Positions 46,039-56,612 of a DNA stretch of 56,612 nt are shown piece by piece. Under the pieces are notes generated by a model. That model saw only the letters and a program-made list of their open reading frames with translations. It did not search any database and was not told the DNA's origin. This DNA comes from Selaginella moellendorffii (lineage: Eukaryota > Plantae > Lycopodiophyta). The position numbers were made by a program, and so were the translations under genes. The first letter of the stretch is position 1, and the number at the start of each line of letters is the position of its first letter. The stretch lies in the NCBI RefSeq assembly GCF_000143415.4, contig NW_003314288.1, positions 476,991 through 533,602 on the forward strand, written 5' to 3'.

Positions 46039-49000
46039 TGTCAGGAATCCCCCAATTCTTGCCACATTCTTGACTCTCGCCGGATTCCTGACCTGCAAAC
46101 CACATTCTTGACTCTCGAGACACTTCCCTATTCCTGACTCTCGAGACACTTCCCGATTCCTGAGTCTCGAGCCACATTCCTGATGATGATGTGGCGCCTC
46201 CTCAACCTCAGCTATATTTAGGCCGTCCTCGATTCAAGAGTGGTGGAGCTTCATCAACCTATAGTATATATAGGTTAGCCTTGTTCCATTTCTCCACAAT
46301 CTGAATCAACACCAGTCTAAGGCCTCTTCTTTGTTTTCACTAGCTTTTTCTCTTTGTCTTTAGCATTTTCCAGTCTTGATCTTGTTGGGGGATTTTGGGG
46401 ATGTGTTTGACAAGAAAAAAGCTAGTGTACTGCCTGTTCATCGGCCTTATGATTGTCCCATTGATTTACAGGAAGGAGCGTCACCTCCGTGGGGGCCTAT
46501 CTACGGGTTATCCCCGTCCGAGCTTAAGGCCCTCAAAGAGTACGTGGATGAGAACCTTGCCTCGGGCTACATTCAGCATTCGCAGTCCCCGGCTGGAGCA
46601 CCTGTCTTCTTTGTCAAGAAGAAGGATGGGAGCTTGCGGCTAGTCATCGACTACCGAGGTTTGAACAAGGTGACTGTTTGGAACTGTTATCCGCTGCCCC
46701 TGATCTCGGACCTGTTGGAACGTCTCGGCGGTGCCCGCTTCTTCACCAAGATCGACCTCCGTGGAGCATACAACCTGATCCGGATCCGGCCTGGTGATGA
46801 ATGGAAGACTGCGTTCCGAACCCGCTATGGCCACTTCAAGTACACTGTCATGCCATTTGGCTTGACAAATGCTCTAGCAGTTTTCCAACACATGGCGAAC
46901 GACGTCTTTCGGGAGTTTCTTGATCAGATGGTGATCGTCTACCTCGATGACATCCTCATCTACTCAAAAACTCAGGAGGAGCATGACGAACATGTACGCA
47001 AGGTGCTAGCGAAGCTGCGAGAACACGGCCTATACGCGAAGCTTGAGAAATGTTCCTTTGATCAGTAGTCTGTGGAGTTCCTTGGGTACATTGTCACTCC
47101 TGAGGGTATCACGATGGATCCTGCCAAAGTCAAGACTATTCTCGAATGGGAGCCTCCACAATCAATGTCGGACGTTCAGGTTTTCCTTGGCTTTGCCAAC
47201 TTCTACTGCAAATTCATTGCTCACTACTCTGACATTGTCCTTCCTCTCACACATCTCACTCGCAAGGATGTTCCCTTCTCTTGGTCTGCTGCTGCCTAGC
47301 AGGCCTTCGACACACTCAAGGCGGCCTTCAATTCTGCTCCTGTCTTGATCCATGCTGATTCCTCACAACCTTTCTTCATCGAGGCTGATGCCTCCGACTT
47401 TGCCATTGGTGCTGTGCTGTCTCAACTCGGAGCGGATCACGAACTTCATCCGGTCGCTTTCCATTCTCGGAAATTCCAGCCTGCGGAGATCAATTACGAA
47501 ATCCACGACAAGGAGCTCCTTGCCATCGTGGATTCCTTTGGAGAGTGGCGCCGTTTCTTGGAGGGGGCGAGCCATCAAACAACAGTCTGGACGGATCACA
47601 AAAATCTTGAGTACTTTGCCACTTCCCGAGTTTTAAGCCATCGTCAAGCAAGGTGGGCACAATTCCTAAGTCGGTTTGACTTTGTTATCAAGTACAGACC
47701 TGGAAAGTTTCAAGGCCTTTCTGATGCTCTTTCAAGGCGCTCCTATCTCAGTCTCAGGCCTGGTAATCCTGCCTTCGATCAACAGGATCAAGTTATCCTC
47801 GGTCCTGATCGGCTTCAAGTTATGGCAATTTCCCTGGCCCCTCAGGACTCCTCCTTGATGGATGCAATCAGAAACGATCTTCAATCCGATGATCTCGCTA
47901 GCGACATTTTCCCCCATCTTCAGGCTGGACACCCAGTGACTCCCGACTGTCGGCGATTTGACAAGTTCGAGTTCTTAGATGGTTTATTGTACCGTGGGGA
48001 GCAGCTTTACGTTCCTGAAGGTGATGCTCGAAGGTTGGTCCTGATGGCGTGCCACGATAGCCCGACTGCTGGTCACTTCGGCATTGCGAAAACCTATGAG
48101 CTAGTTGCACGGGACTTTTGGTGGCCTCACATGGACGACTACATCAAAGCTTTTGTTACCTCCTGTGACACTTGTGCCCGGAATAAGGTACCTCGCCACC
48201 TTCCTTCAGGTTTGCTTCGTTCCCTTCTGGTCCCTTCAGGTCCTTGGGAATCCATCTCCATGGATTTCTTGAGTGATCTTCCGAGTTCTGGAGGCTTCAA
48301 CAGCATTTTAGTCGTGGTGGATCGCTTCACAAAGATGGCGCACTTCTTGCCATGTACCAAGGAGTTTTCGGGTGAGAACATGGCAAAACTGGTATTCAGG
48401 GAAATTTTCCGACTTCATGGGATTCCTACAGATGTGGTTTCAGATCGGGGGCCTCAGTTCATCTCTCATTTCTGGCAACGGTTTTTGCAGTTGCTTGGAG
48501 TGAAGGCCAACCTCTCTTCGGCATATCATCCTCAAACTGATGGGCAGTCCGAGCGAACGATTCAGACGTTGGAACAATTCTTGAGGTGCTTCATCAACTA
48601 TCATCAGGATAACTGGTTCGATATCCTAACTCTTGCTGAGTTCTCCTATAACAACTCTGTTCACTCCTCTCTTCGAGTTTCCCCCTTCTTTGCAAACTCT
48701 GGCCGAAATCCCCAATTCAATCTCTCACTTCCTTCTCCATCTGAATCCTCTCGTTCAAATCCCCGCTCTGAGGCATTTATCTCCAACCTCCAGGAAATCC
48801 ACAACTCCATCTCCTTCCACCTCCATCGTGCTCAGGAATCTCATAAAACATTTTCCAATGTCCATCGTCAGGATTGTCCCCCTTACAATATCGGGGATAA
48901 AGTCTGGCTCCTTAGGCAAAATATCTCCACCACCAGGCCCTGTCCAAAACTCAATTTCAAATGCCTTGGTCCTTTCCCTATCACTGCCATCATTAATCCT

Positions 49001-49777
49001 GTCACTTATCGCCTTGCACTTCCCTCCTCATATCAAATTCACCCCTTTTTTCACTCCTCTCTCCTTGAGCCTTATATTCCCAGTCCTATTCCAAATTGGG
49101 TCATTCCTCCACCTCCACCAGTGCAGCTCAAGGATGGGTCTGAGTACGAGGTTCAGGACATCCTTGATTCCAAGATTTCACGGTCTAAACTCTACTATCT
49201 GGTGGACTGGAAGGGTTACGGACCTGAGGAACGCACTTGGGAACCTGCGGACAACCTGATTCATTCTCCTGACCTTGTTCAGGACTTCCACCACTGCTAT
49301 CCTTCTCGTCCTAGTCCTCATTCTTTTTCTCCATCTCCCATCCTTCACCACTCATCTCATCCTCCTTTTCGTTCTCGTTCACATCCTTGTTCCACTCGTT
49401 CTTGAGGAGGGGGTGCTGTCAGGAATCCCCCAATTCTTGCCACATTCTTGACTCTCGCTGTATTCCTGACCTGCAAACCACATTCCTAACTCTCGAGACA
49501 CTTCCCTATTCCTGACTCTCGAGACACTTCCCGATTCCTGAGTCTCGAGCCACATTCCTGATGATGATGTGGTGCCTCCTCGACCTCAGCTATATTTAGG
49601 CCATCCTCGATTCAAGAGTGGTGGAGCTTCATCAACCTATAGTATATATAGGTTAGCCTTGTTCCATTTCTCCACAATCTGAATCAACACCAGTCTAAGG
49701 CTTCTTCTTTGTTTTCACTAGCTTTTTCTCTTTGTCTTTAGCATTTTCCAGTCTTGATCTTGTTGGGGGTCTTGACA
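46039..49777 (+). mobile_element. Ty3/Gypsy chromovirus lacking the 5'-LTR end, PBS, gag and protease
   Basis: 5' LTR 46039-~46391 runs straight into pol; 3' LTR 49417-49777 (TG...CA); PPT GAGGAGGGGG at 49404-49413. Confidence 0.95.
46391..49405 (+). pseudogene. RT-RNase H-integrase-chromodomain pol
   Basis: [52 protein letters not shown]...CDTC, SMDF/SDRG/TDGQSER, YEVQDIL...YLVDWKGYGPEERTWEP; TAG stops at 47066 and 47297. Confidence 0.95.
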
Positions 49778-50869
49778 GTGATATGAGGCTCCGGTCGCCA
49801 GCTTTGTGGTTGATTAGTCACTGGCTCAGGCTCAATATCTATTTCCCTTATGTCACCTATACCAATAATGAAGTTATGCAGAATGCAAGCCGTTTTTATG
49901 GCACTTGTTAATTGAGTGATGGTCTCAACTTTAACCAACTTCCTAAACATCCTCCAACAACCTTTAAGCAATCCAAAACTTCTCTCACATACCATCCTCA
50001 AAGACGACAAGTAAAAGTTGAATGCTTCCCTCAATTTAGTTTGATTTGCACTTGGAAATGGTCTAACCACAGAAGCTCGTAGTATCCCGAGTCTCCAATG
50101 ATATACTCCCAAAATCTGGTATTGGCCTCTTGAGACTATTGGTCCGTTAAGAATCTCACTTGATTGAGCTCTTCTATAGAATGAACTCTTCCTCAAAATA
50201 GTTATCTCATTGCAACTCCCAGGATCTCCAACTCAAATATCCAAGAACCTTGCTTCACTATCAATGATTGCTTGCATGATAATTGAGTTATCCTTGTCCT
50301 TGTTGTAATAATTACTTGCAAAAGTGTTTCCAGGAAGTTCAATTTCAAAATACATGCAGTCAATTGCACCATAGCAATTCAAGAAGCCACAGAAACTCTT
50401 AAAACCTATTTTTACTACTGACAGATCTACTGTCCACACAAGAAATTATCCTAGATGCTGGAATGTTGAGTTGGAGAACTTCTAACAATACTTCTAGACA
50501 ATTGCTTTAGAAACACCAAAATGCTCTATTAAACTACTAGTAAAAGAATCACCTAAAGCTAATCTCCGTAAAACAATGGCAACTTGTTTACCAACAAGAA
50601 CATATCTAGATGGAATGTTTTTCAAATTTGGAGGCAATGTTGTTTGCATTAACAGAGCAACAAGTTCACAAATTGTCATGAACTGCTCCTTAGAAACCTT
50701 GAAGAACTCTCTCCACCTTGTTGGATCTTGCATTCCAACCTCATCCACCCAATGACGAAACTAATGAAGAGACTTTGGTCTGATATAGAAATGTCCCTCC
50801 TGAAAAAAGTTCAATTGTAACCAACTCCCAACTATTGCCAAGCACATGTGATGTTACACTAGCACTAAT

Positions 50870-51297
50870 TGTTGGTAAAGAGTAGCTTCAAGCCTCTAGA
50901 AGTACATGCATTTTGCATCATGATTTAGGCACAAAAGCATTTCCTGAGTTAGGAATTGAGATCAGGATTTCTCCCAGTCTAAATTCCTGACTTGGATGAC
51001 TAGGCATATAGTGGTTATATAGGCTGGTGATAGCATGCCAAACCTATCCCCTTTTTGTCTTTTATATCCTTGCCCATAATAACATACACTCCACTTGCTT
51101 AACATCTACTTTTTTCTTCCATGTCTATTTTACTCATTGCCTTTTGGGGATCAAGGCTATGAGATGTAGATTAATCTTAGCATCAACATCTTTGCAACAA
51201 CACATGGCTAAATATTTCTTTCCTTTTTATGTTTGGATCTAGTTTAGATTAGAGAGGATTCACAAGATCATTGTATAAGTGATTTTGTAGTTCTCCA
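50870..51297 (+). repeat. Probable 5' LTR of a large Tat/Athila-like Gypsy element (start uncertain)
   Basis: Ends ...TTCTCCA three nt before a PBS; TATA-like GGTTATATAGG at ~51013; no partner LTR in the window. Confidence 0.5.
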
Positions 51298-51300
51298 CTT

Positions 51301-51318
51301 TGGCGACCACGGTGGGAT
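51301..51318 (+). promoter_or_regulatory. Primer binding site, probably tRNA-Arg
   Basis: TGGCGACCACGGTGGGAT, shaped like the Arg-type PBS of Tat/Ogre elements. Confidence 0.65.
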
Positions 51319-52084
51319 AGGAGAAGTGAAGAGTACCTAAAGAACAAAGACTGGAAGCCTTAGCCAAAGTCAAGAATCAAGGGAAAAATTGAAAAAAAAA
51401 AGACAAAAAGAAGAAAACAAAACGAAAAAAAAAGAAAACCAACAAAAATCTATAGCAAGAAGCATGGCAATCATGCTAGAGACCAAGTGCTTGAAGACTA
51501 CGATTATCTAGTGATCGCCCACTTCTTAAAAAGTCCAAGCATCTTCCATAACCATTTGTTGGTGAGAGGTTGAAGATGAAGAATATTCTACACATCAGAA
51601 TATTTGAAGAATCTCCGACAAGAAATCAGAGCAAGCAAGTGCTAATGAACATGAAAACATGAAGAACACTTGAAGATTGAAGCCACCCAAGTCATGGAAA
51701 ATTTGGAGTGTGAGTGTAATCGTTTTTAGCAAGGTTGAAGAAAACGAATATATCAAGAATTTGTGACAAGGAAACAACCAAAGAAAAATTATACAAGGAT
51801 TGCCTTTTGTCGCGAATGTGACTTTAGGTATCGAAAGTTACCTGTCAGCCAATCCTTATGGACACTCTTTCCTTACTGCCACGATGGCAAGAGGTCAGTA
51901 TTGCTGGTTCCCTTTATTAGCCCCTCTTGTTCAAGTGTTAGTAAATTGGACTTTGCATTTGTACTTAGCTGGATGAGTATAAGGAAGGAATTACTAAGTG
52001 TCTATTTAGCTGAGCATACTTGACCCGGCTTGTTAGTTCTCTTTTGCTCTGTCTTGCACTGGCTTGACAAGAACCCTCGCGTAT

Positions 52085-52939
52085 TGAGATTAGTCCCTCA
52101 ATAATGCTAGATGATAGCTTACCGTGTCTGCTAAACACCCTCGCTATCATGCCCTTTGTGTTAGTATCATTTTGGTCCTAAATGTTATTTATGGAAAGTG
52201 TCTAGATTTACGCATTTGGCATATTTACGAAATGTAGAAATTAGCCTAAACACATTGGTGTTTGTCCCGTGTCCAAATTCACAATCTAACGCCATTCCAT
52301 ATTTAGTAAGTTTCGAGCTTGTCCCAGAGACTAACTCCTGATACTAAAGGAGGCTTGGGGTGAAAGCCCAAAGCGTGTGTTCCTCAAGGGGGGGGGGCTA
52401 TGGGGGGTTCCAAATGTATAGTAGGGATAGTGGGTAGGTCGGGCATGGCCGACCAACCTGAGGCATAGTCTAGCTCCCGCTTGCATGCCTGTCCTTGTGT
52501 TGGGAACCCCCACGATATTGAGCTTAGTCCCTCAATATTCGCTAGATGATAGCTTACCGTGTCTACCAAATACCCTCGCTATCATGCCCTTTGTGTTGGT
52601 CTCATTTCGGTCCCAAATGCTATTTATGGAAAGTGTCCAGATTTGCTCATTTGGCATATCTACGGAATGTAGAGATCGTCCTAAACACAATGGTGTTCGT
52701 CCCATCTCCAAATTCGCAATCTAGGGACATTCCATATTTAGTAAGTTTTGAGCTTGTCCCAGAGACTAACTCCTGATACTAAGGGAGGCTTGGGGTGAAA
52801 GCCCAAAGTGTGTGTTCCTCAAGGGGGGGGGCGGGGGGCTATGGGGGGTTCCAAATGTATAGTAGGGATAGTGGGTAGATAAGGCATGGCCAACCAACCT
52901 GAGGCATAGTCTAGCTTCTGCTTGCATGCCTGTCCTTGT
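52085..52939 (+). repeat. ~435-bp tandem duplication in the retroelement leader
   Basis: 52091~52525 (TAGTCCCTCAATA...), 52310~52745, 52480~52920. Confidence 0.9.
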
Positions 52940-54520
52940 TCTATGTCCGGCTTGGGTCTAAGCCCAAGTTCCATTCCATGCTAGCTGGTGGAGTACCCAT
53001 ATCCTCACGTTAGGCCACCGGTATGCTGAAATAGCGCTAAACTCCGTTTAGCTCCGTTTTGCATGCTGGTCCTAACATTGGGATGTTGGTTGCTTTAGGA
53101 CTGTTTTAAGTCACTCCAGGCTCTTGTCCTTTTGCTCCTTGGGCTGTATGCTTAGGAGTTGCTCTGTGGTCCGGTTCCATCACTCCTTGGCTCCATGCTT
53201 GGGAGTTTGGCACCATTCCTTCATTCAGTGGCCCAAGGCTTTGAACCTTGAGTTTCGCATCACATTCCTTTAGACATGTGGCATGTGACATGTGGCATCT
53301 ATCACGTGGCACAAAGAGGGTTTAGTTTCTGCTTCGTGGTGTTATTCTATGGTAAATCACCATAGGATAAAGGGTAAAAACCACGTGTGCTACACTTTTG
53401 TGTGGTTTTAGAAATTGTGCAAAACCATACAAGCAATGCTATCCAAAATGGCAATGCTACATTTGCAAGCAAGCAAAAGCAAGACTCCGACTCAGGGATG
53501 AAAATGCCACAGTGGTAGAGAGAAAGAAATGAGAAGAAATAGCCCAAGAAAATGATGCTAAAAAGAGTGACAAAAGTTTAGAAAAAGGAGAGAAACAAAG
53601 CTTCAGTTTCTTTCTAAAACTCCAAGAAATACTTTTGCAACTCTTTTATAAATTGTCTAGCAAATAGGAAGAATGCGAAAATGAGGAAATTTTGAAAGAA
53701 AAATATGTTTACTTCGATTTCTTTGCAACTCGAAGAACCCTGACTTGGGTGAATTGTGGATACATCTTTCAACAAACAAATATCGAATTCTTAGACATAC
53801 ATAAACATGAAACTTTTCAACCATTAACGCTTGTTTTCAACATTGATTTGACGAGAGTTATAGCAGCAACAGAGTGTGAAACCTTTGAACCACAAGTTCA
53901 TTGGTTTGTTGACACATTTAGATTTAGAGGTTTTTAAAGAGAATGCAAAATTACTTTACTGACTTCTTCAAAGTCCTCTGGGTGTAATGCTACCAACAAG
54001 CACTCTTAACAAACTATACACTATAGCATATTGGCATCATTTAGGATAGACAATAATAGCTGAAGAATTAAGAAATCAAGAACAGGTCAATCAACAAATT
54101 CGAATTGGGAATTTGAGTTCAAAAAACCGACAGGAACCTGAACTTGAGTCAAGTTCAAGGGAACGTCTTAAAAGTACAAGGATTATAAATCAAAGGAGGA
54201 GAAATTTAAGATGGAACCACAATGGGCCAAGATTAAATACAGTAACAAACTTCAACTTTGACACTAAGGTCCAACGTCGAAACCCCAACTTACAACAACA
54301 GCAACAAATTTTAGAAACGAGTTTAAACAAGTATGACAAAGAAGATAAACAAATTCAAGTTGCCGAGTTGAGCAACCTAGTCAAAGATAACAAAGAACTG
54401 AATATCAAAGACGCTCTAGAGTTTGAGGCATTTTAAGAAGTAGAATATACAGCACTAGAGTTTTACTCAAATCCGGACTCTCCAGAATAACAACTCAATC
54501 AACAAAGTCTACAACCACCT

Positions 54521-56612
54521 ATGGCAATCATCAACCCAATAAGTAAAATTAGAAGCATGGTTACATATCCAATTTTCACAGGAAGTAAGTTAGAAGATTC
54601 AGAATTACATGTAAAACAATTCAACAAGATTGTCAAAATGAACAATCAAGAACAGCATCAAGCCATATTTTTCCCATACACACTTAAAGGAAAAGCTCTT
54701 GAGTGGTATAATACACAAGAGGATTCTATACCACATGACTAGAAACTTGAACAATTCAAGGAACAATTCCCAGCCGGAGGAACACCGGAGGAGCATTATG
54801 AGCAAATTAAGAATATAAAATAGTGACCAAAGGAAGGAATTCAAGACTATACTAGACAATTCAAATTACATACAAAGAAATGTAAAGATCTCATCACCGA
54901 CAAAAGCAAGAGTTTGTTTTATATACAAGGATTACGAGAAGCCTATTGCAACATGATAGCCTTGGCTGATACACCTAATGAAGAAAGTGTTGATTCACTG
55001 TCTCAAGGAATTTTAAAACTTGAGAAACAGTTTAAGCAATTCAGTAAAGGTGAATCTTCTCATGCTAATGATAACTCATATGATGAAGAGGAAGAAATAC
55101 TAATCAAAACAAAAAAGAAACAGACATAGGGAAAAGACATTAGACATGTATTGAAGAAGTTGGCTTTGACTGAACTTAAACAAGGAGTCTTTTGTACAAA
55201 ATGCAAAAATGAAGGACATTTTATTTCAGACTGTAAATTCATTTACCCAAATGTTAGATTTGTGATAGAGAAGGGCATATAGTTAAGAATTGTCGATATA
55301 TAGATACCACCGAAGTTTCAGGAGTGGAAAATGTTCAACGAGGACCACCACGACAAAATTATCAAGGAAACAACAACCAAGAACAAAGACCACCAAGAAA
55401 CTATTATTACCAAGATAATCAACAATATAATCAAGGATTTAATCATGAATATAATTCCCCACGAAATCAAAACTATAGTCAAGGACAAAACAATTTTAGA
55501 GGCAATTACAACCAACAACGATACAATGGACAACTAAATAATTATCAATGTCCACAAGGGAACAACTACAACTAAAGCCAACAAAAGCAATATAACAATT
55601 ACAACAATTAAGCATCGCAACAAAATTATCAACCAAGATAAAATCAACCACAAGAAAATCAAACTACACAACAATACAATCCACAAAACCAAAGAGTCAA
55701 TCAAGCTCCTACTAGAAGACCACCAACAGCACAAGTAGTTCAAGCATAAGTTGATGTAGAAGATGAAGAACAACTAATGACTGAAGAACTAGAAGTTTTG
55801 GCAATCACAAGAACACGTCAACAACTTCATAATTATGAAGAACAAGATGAAAGTGATCAAGCATTAGAAATCAGGAATACTGAGTGGAAAAAGAGTAAGA
55901 AAATACTTAACACCAAGAGCTTTAAAATAAAGATCCCGAAATTATTAATAATCAAATATACAATCAAGACGACCAAACTCAAGTATTAAGCTTTACTCAA
56001 GATGAGCATACAACCATTGCCGAGCACATACTACAATAGGGAATTACTTTAACCCTACAACAAATACTACAAATAACACCATATATGAAAGACCAAATCT
56101 TAAAGATATGTAATCGAAGGATCCTTGAAGCTCACATACAAAGAAAACACCAATCTCAACCAACACGACAAGAACAACCTGAAAGAATCCAACCCGGTGA
56201 TTATGATGATAATGTACCTTGTATTAATGTACACATCGGCAAAATCATATTGAAAGAGCTATCCTTGATGGAGGTTCTGTAATATCATCGAATATACACT
56301 ATGTAAAGCTTTAGGACTTGGCAATATATAAATTGCACCATTCAATATACGCATGGTTGATCAAAGAGTTGTCAGACCAGCAGACATCATCCATGATGTC
56401 TCTATGACAGTCAAAGGACATAAATTTAAAGTTAACTTTGTTATGTTAAAAATGCCAATTGAAGAATCGTTTTACGAAATCTTGTTAGGCAGACCTTGGC
56501 TTAACAAAGCTGTTTCTGCACAGTATTGGATGGAACATGAGATATGTATCCAATCCCAACAAGGACAGACTAAAATATCAACATTGACAAGCAAGAAATC
56601 TCAAGAAGTTTC
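54521..56612 (+). pseudogene. Degenerate gag (two CCHC knuckles, Q/N-rich tail) and aspartic protease of a non-chromovirus Gypsy; runs off the window
   Basis: PIFTGSKLED...FPYTLKGKALEWY; CTKCKNEGHFISDC and C*ICDREGHIVKNC; ILDGGS at ~56262; FNIRMVDQRVVRP; ILLGRPWL at ~56480. Confidence 0.85.

Larger units (their letters stand above)
45980..50820 (-). pseudogene. Second PIF/Harbinger transposase, degenerate and split by the chromovirus
   Basis: FFKVSKEQF...LRRLALGD; GAIDC; SIIMQAIID; CERSFGLLKGCWR; ACILHNF in 49778-50820; C-terminal TELRNILITYIVDLNKST* resumes at 46038-45980. Confidence 0.8.

Overview
Repeat-dense eukaryotic (land-plant) genomic window. The ~45-60 nt GT-AG introns, the PLS-type PPR gene and the retroelement families suggest a lycophyte such as Selaginella; this is an inference. 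Almost all of the window is nested transposons and pseudogenes: two deleted copies of one chromovirus (1-1086, 46039-49777), two PIF/Harbinger elements, a 3' LINE fragment, a hAT element with TIRs/TSD, an RT-less Gypsy with LTRs/TSD, a Copia with 88-bp LTRs, the 5' part of a large Tat/Athila-like Gypsy, RRP5, PPR and CYP26-2 pseudogene fragments, and a large inverted duplication. The standout is a ~12-kb unit (about 1.1-13.35 kb) with two head-to-head spliced genes. One is a Sola-like (DUF7869-type) DDE transposase. The other encodes a protein with a ParB/Srx-like domain, a degenerate N4/N6 DNA-methyltransferase-like fold and an FCP1/NIF-type HAD domain. This unit, and apparently only this unit, carries >=22 copies of a 22-bp palindrome (ATGGCRTGNGGCCNCAYGCCAT), many of them inside introns. 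This suggests a ParB/parS-like protein-site system carried by a eukaryotic DNA transposon. Domain calls are by eye from motifs; no searches were run.
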